From Paraburkholderia phenoliruptrix (lineage in GTDB: Bacteria; Pseudomonadota; Gammaproteobacteria; Burkholderiales; Burkholderiaceae), in contig NZ_CADIKB010000032.1 in NCBI RefSeq assembly GCF_902859825.1, forward strand, positions 2,026 through 26,025: 24,000 bases of DNA, written 5' to 3'. This document shows positions 1 to 8,402 of this stretch, in pieces (the first letter of the stretch is position 1; each line of letters starts with the position of its first letter). Under the pieces are notes generated by a model. That model worked only from the letters and a program-made list of their open reading frames with translations. It was not told the DNA's origin and ran no database searches. The position numbers and the translations under genes are program-made.

Positions 1-410
1 CGCGACATGCCCTGCTGGGCGGAAACGATGGCCCTTGCGCAGTCGCCCTCATTCAACCCGACATTGCTGTTGATCTTCAGTACCTGATGGTCGGCAGTGG
101 TGAGTTCGTATTCGTAGACGTTTTCCGTCTTCGTGGTCGTGGCATGGCTGAACAGGCTGGTCAGATCGATCCCCAGGCCGGCGCCACCGAACCCGCCACC
201 GCTGATGGCGCCGCCACCCACGCCCGCGCTGACGGGCGAAGGCGATGGCTGATCGAGTCTGGCGACAAGCTTCCTGCCTGTGATGCGTCCGGTCTCTATC
301 CGGGCATCGGGCGGCATGGGCTGGCTGGTCGTCCCGGCGCAGCCGGCCAGCCCCAGGAAGGTCGCGCAGGAAGCGAAGACAGCAAGGTAAAGGCAGGCCT
401 TTGTCGGCAT
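1..410 (-). CDS. Putative outer-membrane lipoprotein with a glycine zipper (SlyB/Pcp-like); partial, C-terminus lies beyond the window start
   Basis: My own translation from the ATG at 410 gives MPTKACLYLAVFASCATFLGLAGCAGTT... This has a signal peptide with lipobox LAGC, a Gly-rich stretch GVGGGAISGGGFGGAGLG, then a beta-rich ENVYEYELTTADHQVLKINSNVGLNEGD. The frame stays open to position 1. It is absent from the ORF track because it is truncated. Confidence 0.6.
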   Translation of the reverse strand, partial: MPTKACLYLAVFASCATFLGLAGCAGTTSQPMPPDARIETGRITGRKLVARLDQPSPSPVSAGVGGGAISGGGFGGAGLGIDLTSLFSHATTTKTENVYEYELTTADHQVLKINSNVGLNEGDCARAIVSAQQGMS

Positions 411-579
411 CACCGGGGCAGGGTCACGGAAAGTACAGGTCAGGAAATTCAAAGGGGAGCGCGTGCTGCTATTGTAGCCGTCGGCCTGACGGTAAAAACC
501 CGTCATCGTCATGTCCTGACGGCGTGTCGAGGAAACCAGAATCAGGCGTCTGGCGCAACCATTGCGGTACCACTGCAAA

Positions 580-1173
580 TCAAGGCTCGTCAGCCATATC
601 GATGATCTGGAGTCTGAACTGCCAGCCTTCGAAAGCCGTGAGCATGCGCCCGAAATCGTCCCAGCTGATTTCCCGGCCATCGACGACCACGACCGGCGTG
701 TCGCCGGGGCCGGTCATATCGGACGAAATGCGGCCCCGCACGGTTTGATCGCTGATCCGCAACTGATGTCCATCGGCAGCAAGATCCTTGACGGACAGGG
801 CTCGCCGCATTTTTTGAACGAGGCGGCCGAGCAGGGTTAGCACGTCATCGTCCGGGTTGCCGATCATGCGGAATTCATAACCTGCCCGAAGCTCGCCCTG
901 AATTTCGAAAGCATCGAGGACGAGCATGTTGCCGCCAGCCAGGCGCATCTGGAAATGGAACTGGTGCGCGTCTCCCGCACAATCGACCATCCGGATAGGT
1001 TCGAGCCGCACGTTCTCGAAGCCAGTCAGGCCGTACCGCTTCGCGACCTCTGCATTGAAACATTGAGTGCAAAGCAGCCGGTAACCACCACCGGCAGCGC
1101 CGTAGTGGATGGCATCATACGCTGCAATAGGCTGCGCACACTGTTCGCACTGGTCGCACTGGTCGTGAGTCAT
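580..1173 (-). CDS. Hypothetical protein with an N-terminal CxxC...CxxC zinc-ribbon-like motif
   Basis: 197-aa ORF. The N-terminus reads HDQCDQCEQC...LLCTQCFN. Composition is protein-like. Its start overlaps the stop of the upstream 176-aa gene by 4 nt (1170-1173). Confidence 0.65.
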   Translation of the reverse strand: MTHDQCDQCEQCAQPIAAYDAIHYGAAGGGYRLLCTQCFNAEVAKRYGLTGFENVRLEPIRMVDCAGDAHQFHFQMRLAGGNMLVLDAFEIQGELRAGYEFRMIGNPDDDVLTLLGRLVQKMRRALSVKDLAADGHQLRISDQTVRGRISSDMTGPGDTPVVVVDGREISWDDFGRMLTAFEGWQFRLQIIDMADEP

Positions 1174-1700
1174 TGGGTTCTCCGTGGTTGGCGAGACGGT
1201 TCCCTGAGCGATGGCATGGGTACGAAGGCGATGCAGTTCACGAGGTTGGTCGCGGCCAGCATCACATACTGGTCGCTGTCCTCCGGAACGATCCGCTTAA
1301 GCCAGTCCGCAGTCATCGACAGCACACAGGCCTGCAGGTTCTGCTCAGGATGGTTTTCCACATACTGCTGCATCAGGCGATCCCGCTGGGGCGGACTCAG
1401 GTCTTCGCCCAGCTTGACCGTGCTCACGTAGATCCGCTGCTGCAATTCCTGATCGTCTTCCGTGATGAGGGGCCATGTCCAGCCCGATTCCTTCATCGCC
1501 TGAAAGCAGAGCAGGAGAAGTTCGAGGGCGAACTCCATCTTCTCCAGCGATACTCCCAGCTTCGGCAGGACGAGAACCGAGCCGAGCATATGCGGCTGGG
1601 CACGGTATATTTCATCGGCCAGCGCCTCCTTCTGTCGCAGGTTCATCGTCTCTACGGCGCTCATGGCCCGCGCCATGGCCTCCAGTGAAATACGGCTCAT
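1170..1700 (-). CDS. Hypothetical protein, helical, no recognised family
   Basis: 176-aa ORF with balanced composition. It is translationally coupled to the 197-aa gene downstream. The overlapping plus-strand ORFs are Arg/Gly/His-rich shadow frames. Confidence 0.65.
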   Translation of the reverse strand: MSRISLEAMARAMSAVETMNLRQKEALADEIYRAQPHMLGSVLVLPKLGVSLEKMEFALELLLLCFQAMKESGWTWPLITEDDQELQQRIYVSTVKLGEDLSPPQRDRLMQQYVENHPEQNLQACVLSMTADWLKRIVPEDSDQYVMLAATNLVNCIAFVPMPSLREPSRQPRRTQ

Positions 1701-1823
1701 TCGGGTTTTTCCGTTACGTGATGAGTACCCGATGGCCGGTCACCACCGACCGGGTCGCCTTTTACCAATCTGCCCAGATGTGCACACCGGCCGCGAACAC
1801 CCGAACACGGCGGGCGCTCACCG

Positions 1824-1973
1824 CTAGAACTTCGTGCCCGCGTGGCAACCGCCGAACGCAGCGCCGTTGGTCGCCAATGCACCGCAGCCAAACAGGCCGC
1901 ATCCACCGAGCAGGGACAAGGCGCAAACCAGTAGCGCGGCCATCACGAACTTTCGGAGTTGCATCGTCGCCAT
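1824..1973 (-). CDS. Mini-lipoprotein (about 49 aa precursor)
   Basis: Internal start MATMQLRKFVMAALLVCALSLLGGCGLFGCGALATNGAAFGGCHAGTKF. It has a signal peptide with lipobox LLGGC. The ATG at 1973 overlaps the TGA of the upstream 78-aa gene (ATGA). The longer 86-aa ORF N-terminus looks non-coding. Confidence 0.5.
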   Translation of the reverse strand: MATMQLRKFVMAALLVCALSLLGGCGLFGCGALATNGAAFGGCHAGTKF

Positions 1974-2209
1974 CAGTGGTGGATTGGAGCAGAAGCAAAT
2001 ATAAGCGTGAGTACGACGTGAAGGAATCCCCACGCGAACAGAATCGCGGCAATCAGTCCGGCCACGGCCGTGCGCAGCGTCCATCGAAACTCGCGTCTGT
2101 CGGCCGTGTATGCGTCCTGTGCGACCGGTTGATTACGGACCACGCCCTTCAGATCCCCGATGCCGGCCGTGCATTCACGCTCCTTCACGATCTTCCCTGT
2201 CCTTTTCAT
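1973..2209 (-). CDS. Small membrane protein
   Basis: 78-aa ORF with a C-terminal hydrophobic stretch TAVAGLIAAILFAWGFLHVVLTLIFASA. It overlaps the 3' end of the upstream gene by 35 nt and is coupled by ATGA to the downstream mini-lipoprotein. Confidence 0.5.
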   Translation of the reverse strand: MKRTGKIVKERECTAGIGDLKGVVRNQPVAQDAYTADRREFRWTLRTAVAGLIAAILFAWGFLHVVLTLIFASAPIHH

Positions 2210-3362
2210 GTGTGTCCAGTGTCACCCGCCGCGCTGTCCTGGGCACGCCGCGTCGCGACTTCGCCGACACGGCGAAATCCATTCCCGGCACCGTTGCATC
2301 GTCCTGATCCTCCACTTCCGCACCGACGATCTCGAACCGGCCATTGCGTTCGACGAGCGTGCGCCGCATGGAGAAGAGCCGACCGCAGCCGATGCAGTGC
2401 CATACGCGCCGGCCGTCGCGCCTGGCTGTGCCCGTCCGGCCGCAGAAAAGGCACGGTGTGTCTCGCGTTGGCGTGGCACCGAGCCGGAAGCGCGCGCTCA
2501 GGTTGCCGTCCGGTTCCAGCTGGTCGGCCCAGCGGGCGAACTTGTCACGCCACGTCTGGATCTGCGTTTCGTCAGCCTGGAAGATATCCGCGACCTGCGC
2601 GTACGACAGCGGCAGCGACAGATACCGGATCAATGGCCGGAAACGCCCGGCGCTTACCATGTACGTGCTCGAAAACGGTGTGCCGGTGCGCCGATTGAAC
2701 ACCCGGTGACACGTCCGGCATTCGAATGCCGGCAGCCGGCGGCTCGGATGGGGCGCCATCTCGTACGTGTTCCGGCTGCCGCAGTGCGCACATCGTGGCG
2801 CCGGCCCCGCCTTCGCGTATATGTCGTCGTATTCAGAAGTCAGCCGCCTGGTCAACTTGACGTCCTCGGCGGTGCCGGTCTCCGCGACGTGCAGCGATGT
2901 GGGCCGTACCTCGGCGCGGCGTCCGCCGAGTCGCACGCGGGCTTCCCATTTTCCAGACGGATCCAGCTCGAGAAGCCAGACGCGAAATGCCTTGACCAGT
3001 TCGCTGACCTGGGCAGGCAACTTCCCCAGCAGACGACCGGCCTCGGTGCAGTTGAGCGGTTGCGGCAACAGCGGGACGAATGTCTCGACCTTCCCGAGAA
3101 GGCGGCCATCGAGCGGCGTGCCCTGCAGGCGCGTATATTGTTTGCCGCATGCGCTGCAGCGGTATACCGGCAGGCGATAGCCACCGAGTCTGGGACGGTA
3201 TCCATCGATGACAATGGAGGTTCCGGCGCAACGTATGCACGGTGGCCGTGGCTCCGCGTCCGACGAGATGAGCGCGGCAATGCGCCGGTCCAGAAATGCG
3301 ATCAGTTCGCGGTCTTTCACCTGGCCTCTGGCCTTGCCATCCTGATTGCGGACTGGCTTCAT
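2175..3362 (-). CDS. Protein with repeated IS1595/InsA-type transposase zinc-ribbon plus HTH modules (DUF746-like), no DDE catalytic domain
   Basis: There are two full modules and one partial module. Each reads CxxC...CxxC, then F/Y..R.GTP, then a helical segment: CIRCAG..YRCSACGKQYTRLQGTPL; CAHCGS..FECRTCHRVFNRRTGTPF; CLFCGR..WHCIGCGRLFS. The ORF track start at 3386 is TTG. The ATG at 3362 has GAGG upstream. Confidence 0.75.
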   Translation of the reverse strand: MKPVRNQDGKARGQVKDRELIAFLDRRIAALISSDAEPRPPCIRCAGTSIVIDGYRPRLGGYRLPVYRCSACGKQYTRLQGTPLDGRLLGKVETFVPLLPQPLNCTEAGRLLGKLPAQVSELVKAFRVWLLELDPSGKWEARVRLGGRRAEVRPTSLHVAETGTAEDVKLTRRLTSEYDDIYAKAGPAPRCAHCGSRNTYEMAPHPSRRLPAFECRTCHRVFNRRTGTPFSSTYMVSAGRFRPLIRYLSLPLSYAQVADIFQADETQIQTWRDKFARWADQLEPDGNLSARFRLGATPTRDTPCLFCGRTGTARRDGRRVWHCIGCGRLFSMRRTLVERNGRFEIVGAEVEDQDDATVPGMDFAVSAKSRRGVPRTARRVTLDTHEKDREDREGA

Positions 3363-3455
3363 GTCGGCGACCTCAACCCGCGGCAAACCCGCGGTTCCAT
3401 CCCGCCCGCAGGGGCGAGCATGAGGCGGTGCAGTTCCAGGAGCCGCATTCGATGC

Positions 3456-3710
3456 CTAGCGCTCCGGGTCGGCCGGAGGCGCATCGAACAAACACCCCAG
3501 CGCGGCGAACTCAGCACGGCTGATCTGATCAATGTCAATCGCCCCCAAATGCTTTTCGACGAGACGTCCGTAGAGCGTTGACAACAACCGTTCCTCACGC
3601 GCGCCGTCAACACTGTCGTTGTACAGGCGTGCGCGATCGTGGTGTTTGCGCCAGTGATGAATGGCCCGCTCGATCTGGGCCAGAGTAAAACTCCGCATCT
3701 GTCCATACAT
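3456..3710 (-). CDS. Small conserved hypothetical protein (possibly DUF3717-like)
   Basis: 84-aa ORF with protein-like composition and GAAAGG directly upstream of the ATG. It sits upstream of, and co-oriented with, the zinc-ribbon repeat gene. The family name is from memory only. Confidence 0.55.
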   Translation of the reverse strand: MYGQMRSFTLAQIERAIHHWRKHHDRARLYNDSVDGAREERLLSTLYGRLVEKHLGAIDIDQISRAEFAALGCLFDAPPADPER

Positions 3711-3843
3711 CCTTTCAAAAACATCGGCATACTGGCGACGACGAAACCGTTCCCGGTCGCGCTTCGCACATCGTCAGCCGTCAAAGGCCATCAGGTCCTC
3801 GCCGACGGGCAACATCCTCTGCGGCAAAGCCGTTGCTGTCGTG

Positions 3844-4293
3844 TCATTCCGGATTCGACGCGGCCTGCCCAGGAAGCGAGTGGCTCACCTGGTCGACCAC
3901 CGATTTTGCAGCGCCGACCGCCAGCGCCCGGTCAATATCCGACGTTTGCCAGTCGCCGTTAGCATCCTTCGTGAAGACTAGGTTTGCATGAAACGTCGTG
4001 CCGGATCCGTCAGGCAGACTGGCGCGACGTACGATGTCCACCTCGCAGGCGAAGGTATCGGCGGCGGTCTTCGTGCAATCGCCGTCGGGTTTGACGGACG
4101 CGACATCCGCTGACGTCGGCATCGGACTGCCGACCAGCGCGTTGATACCACCCCGGTTTGCCGCGTCGAGCGCCCGTCTCACCGCGCCATCGATCGCGCT
4201 CGCGCCCGGGCCCGCATGAAACGCGTCGCAGGCCGCTATCAGCATGCACATCCCTGCCATCGTTGCGGCGAGCCGCAGTCTCTTTGTTTGCAT
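3844..4293 (-). CDS. Putative lipoprotein
   Basis: Internal start MQTKRLRLAATMAGMCMLIAACDAF with lipobox LIAAC. AAAGGTGGA lies upstream of the ATG at 4293. The 107 codons upstream in the 256-aa ORF are Arg/Cys/Gly-rich and look non-coding. Confidence 0.7.
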   Translation of the reverse strand: MQTKRLRLAATMAGMCMLIAACDAFHAGPGASAIDGAVRRALDAANRGGINALVGSPMPTSADVASVKPDGDCTKTAADTFACEVDIVRRASLPDGSGTTFHANLVFTKDANGDWQTSDIDRALAVGAAKSVVDQVSHSLPGQAASNPE

Positions 4294-4360
4294 CGATTCC
4301 ACCTTTCTTTTTGCGATTGACCGTAAACACCGTGGGCTCACGGTTCCCTCTTCCCCCGTT

Positions 4361-5275
4361 TCACAGCATGATCGGCACGGCCCCCTTGCTGCGCCGGCGA
4401 TTGCGAGCCATACGCCGGCTTTCCCAGGCACACTCCGCACACCAGCTGCCGCGCCACACGCTGTTGACCGTGGCCTTCCATAGGTGGCCCTTCGCGCACT
4501 CAAGCTCAAGCTTGCCGTGCACCCCGGGGTAAACTGCGGACAGGCATCGCCCGCCGCGCGACTTCGCCAGATCCTGCATCTGTTCGATCGTGCGGGTCCT
4601 CGCTTTGACCGCACAGCGGTGACACCACTGGCCCTTGCTCACACGAAACCATGGCGCCGACCACGTGTGTCCCTCGGCGCACTGCCATTCCAGCGGCGTT
4701 TCCTTGTCGACGTACGCCGACAGGCAGCGCCCGCCACGCTCGACAGCCGCGCGTTCGATATCTTCATGGCGCGGCTTGATGCGCTCGAAATAACATGTCT
4801 GGCACCAGTCCCCTTTGAGCACGCCCTCGAAGTTGGCAGACCATTCATGCCCGGCGCCACAGCGCCAGCGCAGTTTCGCCCGGCCATTCTGATAGCGGGT
4901 CGACAGGCACAGCCCGCCGTGCCGCGCGGCGAGCGTGCGGGCCTCGTCGATCGAATGCACGGTCGTGCGCGCGTAGTGGCAGGCCTGACACCAGCCCCCA
5001 CGCCGCAGCACCACAATGGACAGCGCGAAACGGTGTCCGGCGGCGCATTCAAATCCGAGCGGTACCTTGCTACCCTTGTATGCCGGCGTCAGACATTGAC
5101 CGCCCCATGCCCGGGCGACTTTCTGGATGACGGCAATTGCCCGTTCGCGATAGTCGGGGGCATAGATGTCCAGCCGGAACATTTCCTCAATTGCGCGTTG
5201 TACCAGCGTGCGGGTCTGTACGGAAACCCGTTGCGACCATGCGGCGCTCGGGACCGCCTTCGTGACAGTTGTCAT
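4361..5275 (-). CDS. Protein of four tandem zinc-ribbon repeats of about 60 aa each
   Basis: Four repeats of the pattern GG.CLS..Y......L.W.C..GH.W.A......G.WC..C: GGQCLT..FECAAGHRF..WCQAC; GGLCLS..WRCGAGHEW..WCQTC; GGRCLS..WQCAEGHTW..WCHRC; GGRCLS..LECAKGHLW..WCAEC. An alternative TTG start lies at 5302. Confidence 0.75.
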   Translation of the reverse strand: MTTVTKAVPSAAWSQRVSVQTRTLVQRAIEEMFRLDIYAPDYRERAIAVIQKVARAWGGQCLTPAYKGSKVPLGFECAAGHRFALSIVVLRRGGWCQACHYARTTVHSIDEARTLAARHGGLCLSTRYQNGRAKLRWRCGAGHEWSANFEGVLKGDWCQTCYFERIKPRHEDIERAAVERGGRCLSAYVDKETPLEWQCAEGHTWSAPWFRVSKGQWCHRCAVKARTRTIEQMQDLAKSRGGRCLSAVYPGVHGKLELECAKGHLWKATVNSVWRGSWCAECAWESRRMARNRRRSKGAVPIML

Positions 5276-5317
5276 GACGTTCAGTCTCTTACTATCGTGC
5301 AACTCCTACCCGAGATG

Positions 5318-5869
5318 TCACTGTTTTGAACCATCGTTTGACGCGACGAGATCTCGATTCGCCAGTTCAAGCTTCAGTGGCGCATCGGCGGAAAGCGTCT
5401 TCTTCGCAATCACACGTCGCCATTCAGTGCCGGCACCGGGATCGCGATAGAACGCGACGATCGCGATGTATTGCGTGTCCGGCTGTATCGGCTGCGACAG
5501 GCTCGCGGCCGCGCCCGGGTTCACGACCGTGGCGAGGCTCGCCTGCAGGTCCTGCGCCAGCACGGTTTTGTCGTTCTTGAGCAGATCGTCGTAGGACGCC
5601 GCGTCAAAGAGCTTGCGGTCCTTGAGTTGATACACACGTACGGCAACCGAGGTCGACCGGTCGGCGTCGTCCGGGTTAAGGGAGGCGCGAGCCGTCAGGT
5701 CAACGTTCAGCGTCTTGACCTGTTTGTAGAAGACGGCTTGGTATGCGCTCGAGGTGCCGTCAGAGACAGCCTGCCAGGCGCCGCAGGCGGAAAGCAGCAG
5801 GCTGGACGCGAGGGTGGCCATGGCGGCCCGGTTGGCGCGGGTCGGGCGGCTGGGTATGAAGCTGGGCAT
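5318..5869 (-). CDS. tssJ: T6SS outer-membrane lipoprotein TssJ (VasD/SciN family)
   Basis: Start MPSFIPSRPTRANRAAMATLASSLLLSACG (lipobox LSAC), with GGAGA upstream. TssJ-like core: LNPDDADRSTSVAVRVYQLKDRKLFDAASYDDLL...YIAIVAFYRDP. It lies directly downstream of tssG. Confidence 0.8.
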   Translation of the reverse strand: MPSFIPSRPTRANRAAMATLASSLLLSACGAWQAVSDGTSSAYQAVFYKQVKTLNVDLTARASLNPDDADRSTSVAVRVYQLKDRKLFDAASYDDLLKNDKTVLAQDLQASLATVVNPGAAASLSQPIQPDTQYIAIVAFYRDPGAGTEWRRVIAKKTLSADAPLKLELANRDLVASNDGSKQ

Positions 5870-5882
5870 GAATTCTCCGGAA

Positions 5883-7004
5883 TCAGGCAACGCGTGCGGC
5901 AAGGTACGGGTTCGGCGCGGGTGCCGGAAACGCTTCGTAGCTGCCGAGTTCAATCGTGATCAGACGCTCGTCGTCCGACGGCAACACCGTGGTCCAGGCG
6001 AGGCGCGGCAGCGAACCGCTCAATGCTGAAGTCATTGTCGGTGGCGGCACCAGCCGCGACGACAGTTCCATGCGCAGGAACACATCGGCCTTCGTGCCGA
6101 CATACAGGCGCAGGAACGCCATCAACTCCCGGTGCACCGGTGCGCCGGGCAACAGGTCGTGAGCCTGTGCGGCGCTCGCTGGCCGCACCGTCACCCGCGC
6201 CGCTCGGCTACGGTACGCGACGCGTGTACCCAGCACGTAGCCGGCACCAAGTGTCCCGGGGCTCACTCCGCCACCTTCCCGCGGCCGGTCGTTCCCCGGT
6301 GCGCCCGAACTGAGTACATAAGGTTTGCCCGCAGCCTTGAAGGTCGGGTGAAATTCGTCGACACGCACCTCGACGCCCGGCACCGCCAGCGCGACGACGC
6401 CAGCGAGCCCCTCGGGCGTGCGCGTGCGCTGGATCAGCAAGCCGAGCAGCGCGAGCACGCGTGAATCGGGCAGCCCGGCTCGCGCGGGCTTTTCGCCCCA
6501 GCCGAAACCCGCGAGGCAGAGCAGCTTGCGCGAGTGTTCGTCGGTCGCGCCCGGGCGGAATCCGATCGGGTAGCGGTATTTCTTCCACGCTCGGTACAGC
6601 AGCGTCACGTACCGGTGATTGAACTGGTCAAGAAACGCTTCGACCGCCTCGTGCCCCTCCTCCCGCAGCACGATATCGTCGATCATGTAGGACGGCACCG
6701 CAGCGTCGACGCCATACAGGCCCATGAACGTCGTGTGCACGGCAGGCGGTGCGTCGGGCCGCTCCGGGTCAAACCCGACCGAGGCGATTTCACCGGCCGG
6801 AAAACCTGTACGCGGCCGAGCACGGAACCGCACGGCTTCATGTTCAGGCGTGTCGCGTGTGCCAAAGCCCGGGTGGTCCGGCACGCGAACCTCCAGAAGC
6901 TGGCATAGCTGCATGAAGCTCATGGTCGGCGCGCGCTCAAGCAGCGATCTCACGAGCGGGTCGAGATTAACCGTGGCCTGATCCGGCAGATCACGTACCT
7001 TCAT
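5883..7004 (-). CDS. tssG: T6SS baseplate subunit TssG (ImpH/VasB family)
   Basis: The N-terminal FMQLCQLLE motif, family-like length and position after tssF support the call. The ATG at 7004 overlaps the tssF TGA (ATGA). An alternative upstream ATG lies at 7037. Confidence 0.85.
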   Translation of the reverse strand: MKVRDLPDQATVNLDPLVRSLLERAPTMSFMQLCQLLEVRVPDHPGFGTRDTPEHEAVRFRARPRTGFPAGEIASVGFDPERPDAPPAVHTTFMGLYGVDAAVPSYMIDDIVLREEGHEAVEAFLDQFNHRYVTLLYRAWKKYRYPIGFRPGATDEHSRKLLCLAGFGWGEKPARAGLPDSRVLALLGLLIQRTRTPEGLAGVVALAVPGVEVRVDEFHPTFKAAGKPYVLSSGAPGNDRPREGGGVSPGTLGAGYVLGTRVAYRSRAARVTVRPASAAQAHDLLPGAPVHRELMAFLRLYVGTKADVFLRMELSSRLVPPPTMTSALSGSLPRLAWTTVLPSDDERLITIELGSYEAFPAPAPNPYLAARVA

Positions 7005-8048
7005 AGCGGGGAACGCAGTGCCTTGCTGCGCGGCCATTCGGTGCGGGACTGTGATGGCAGGCTGACGATCGCGAGTTTCGTGAACAGGTTGATCTCGGCG
7101 TAGAGCGCAAAAAAGCGGTGCAGGAGTTCACCGAACAGCATCACGTCGCCTTCTCCCGCGAATGCGTGAGCGTCGAGCGTCACTTCGATCAGCACTCCCC
7201 GTTCGACCGAGCCGCCCGACACCTCTTCAAGCAGTTCCTCCGAGACGTGCAGGATGCCCGCGAGGCGGCGACGGTTCAGCTCGTCGTTGGTCCAGTCATA
7301 GAGCGCCAGTGCGCCGCGCAATACTTCCGCATCCATCATCGACAGGAAGTTCGGCGCGAGGTGCGAGAGCACGCGCCACTGGAAGCGGTCTCCGGTTGGC
7401 GGATACAGCGGCAACGTCGGCGCGGCGAGATTGCGCACGCCTGCCACGTTCGGCGTGCTCGCGGCAAGTTCGTTGATACTCGCCTCGCGCAACCCCTTGC
7501 GCGGCAGCATGCCGTTCGTGCCTGTCACACGCAGCGACAGGCTTTCCTCCGGCAGGTCCTGCATCGTCTCCCATGCGTGGCCACCGAGGATTACCCAGGT
7601 CTCGTGCAGGCCGGTGGCACCGGGGCGCACCCGCGAGTGAAAGTACCGCTCTGGCGCTTCGTGGCGCATCATGCCGCCGCGATGGCGGAAGGTGGCGAAC
7701 GGTACGTATTCATAGCGCTCCGCCGTTTCGTGATCGAACGACTCGATCGCGTCGACCGAGTAGGTTTCGACGTGTTCACCCTGGTGGCCCGCCGGCACGA
7801 CCCGGTATTCCGTCTCGTGGTGATTAACCGGGATCGTCTCGGCATCCAGCGTGAACAGGTTGATCACCGGCGTGCAGAAGAGGCGCACGTTCTCTGCCGT
7901 AAAGCGCTGGTCGGACGGATAGCTGTGCTTTAGCAGGATCTCCAGCTCGAAGCTGAACGCGTTCGCAGGCAGTTTCGCAATGTCCAGTCCGCACAGGTCA
8001 ATGAACAGGAATTTTTCACGAAAAGAAAAATATTCGAGTAATAGCTGG
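7001..8048 (-). pseudogene. tssF: tssF (ImpG/VasA) C-terminal fragment; N-terminal roughly 40 percent missing
   Basis: TssF-like sequence starts at (Y)QLLLEYFSFREKFLFIDLCGLD and runs to the stop at 7001, about 349 codons. My recollection is that intact TssF proteins are about 600 aa. The 47 codons upstream in the ORF (to 8203) are simply the antisense of hcp. Confidence 0.8.
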
Positions 8049-8324
8049 TACCTGTACAAGGCGGTCACGAGCGGCCAGACGCTCAAGTCGATCGAGATCA
8101 AGTGGTACAAGATCGACGACGCCGGCAAGGAAAAGGAATACTTCAACACGAAGCTCGACAACGTCAAGATCGTGGGTGTCACGCCGAAGATGCACGACAT
8201 CAAGAATCCCGCTTACGAGAAGCACAACCATCTCGAAGAGATCGAACTGCGCTACGAGAAGATTACCTGGTCGTACAAGGACGGCAACATCATTCACGCC
8301 GACAGCTGGAATGAGCGCTCGTAA
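8049..8324 (+). pseudogene. hcp: hcp/tssD C-terminal fragment; about 65-70 N-terminal codons missing
   Basis: YLYKAVTSGQTLKSIEIKWYKIDDAGKEKEYFNTKLDNVKIVGVTPKMHDIKNPAYEKHNHLEEIELRYEKITWSYKDGNIIHADSWNERS matches the C-terminal half of about 160-aa Hcp proteins that I recall. The upstream in-frame codons are the antisense of tssF. Confidence 0.8.
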
Positions 8325-8402
8325 AAATTTGTAAGAAGCAGGCCTCGGAAAGCCGGCACTGGCCCAACCGACTCCCCGTCAGTTGTGTGCCGGCATTCTT
8401 TT

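Noticed and set aside
1475-3581. Long plus-strand ORFs (1475..2698, 407 aa; 2160..3581, 473 aa)
   Set aside because: They are extremely Arg/Pro/Ala/Gly-rich with no motifs. They lie antisense to minus-strand genes that have clear zinc-ribbon repeats and signal peptides. These are typical shadow ORFs of high-GC DNA.
3844-4293. Lipoproteins near the T6SS genes (3844..4293 and 1..410), considered as T6SS immunity proteins
   Set aside because: There is no adjacent effector-like gene (no toxin domain, PAAR, VgrG or adaptor). Lipoprotein status alone is insufficient.
4294-4614. 107-codon upstream extension of the lipoprotein ORF (3844..4614)
   Set aside because: Its composition is Arg/Cys/Gly-rich, and it overlaps the 3' end of the zinc-ribbon repeat gene. 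The internal ATG at 4293 has a good RBS and a textbook lipoprotein signal peptide.
7118-7933. 271-aa plus-strand ORF opposite tssF
   Set aside because: It is the antisense shadow of a gene with clear TssF homology. Its composition is Arg/His/Gln-rich and not protein-like.
8049-8203. Apparent N-terminus (about 47 codons from the start at 8203) of the 400-aa 'TssF' ORF
   Set aside because: This stretch is the reverse complement of genuine hcp coding sequence, so the ATG at 8203 is not a real tssF start. The same logic applies to 7980-8048 for the 114-aa 'Hcp' ORF.
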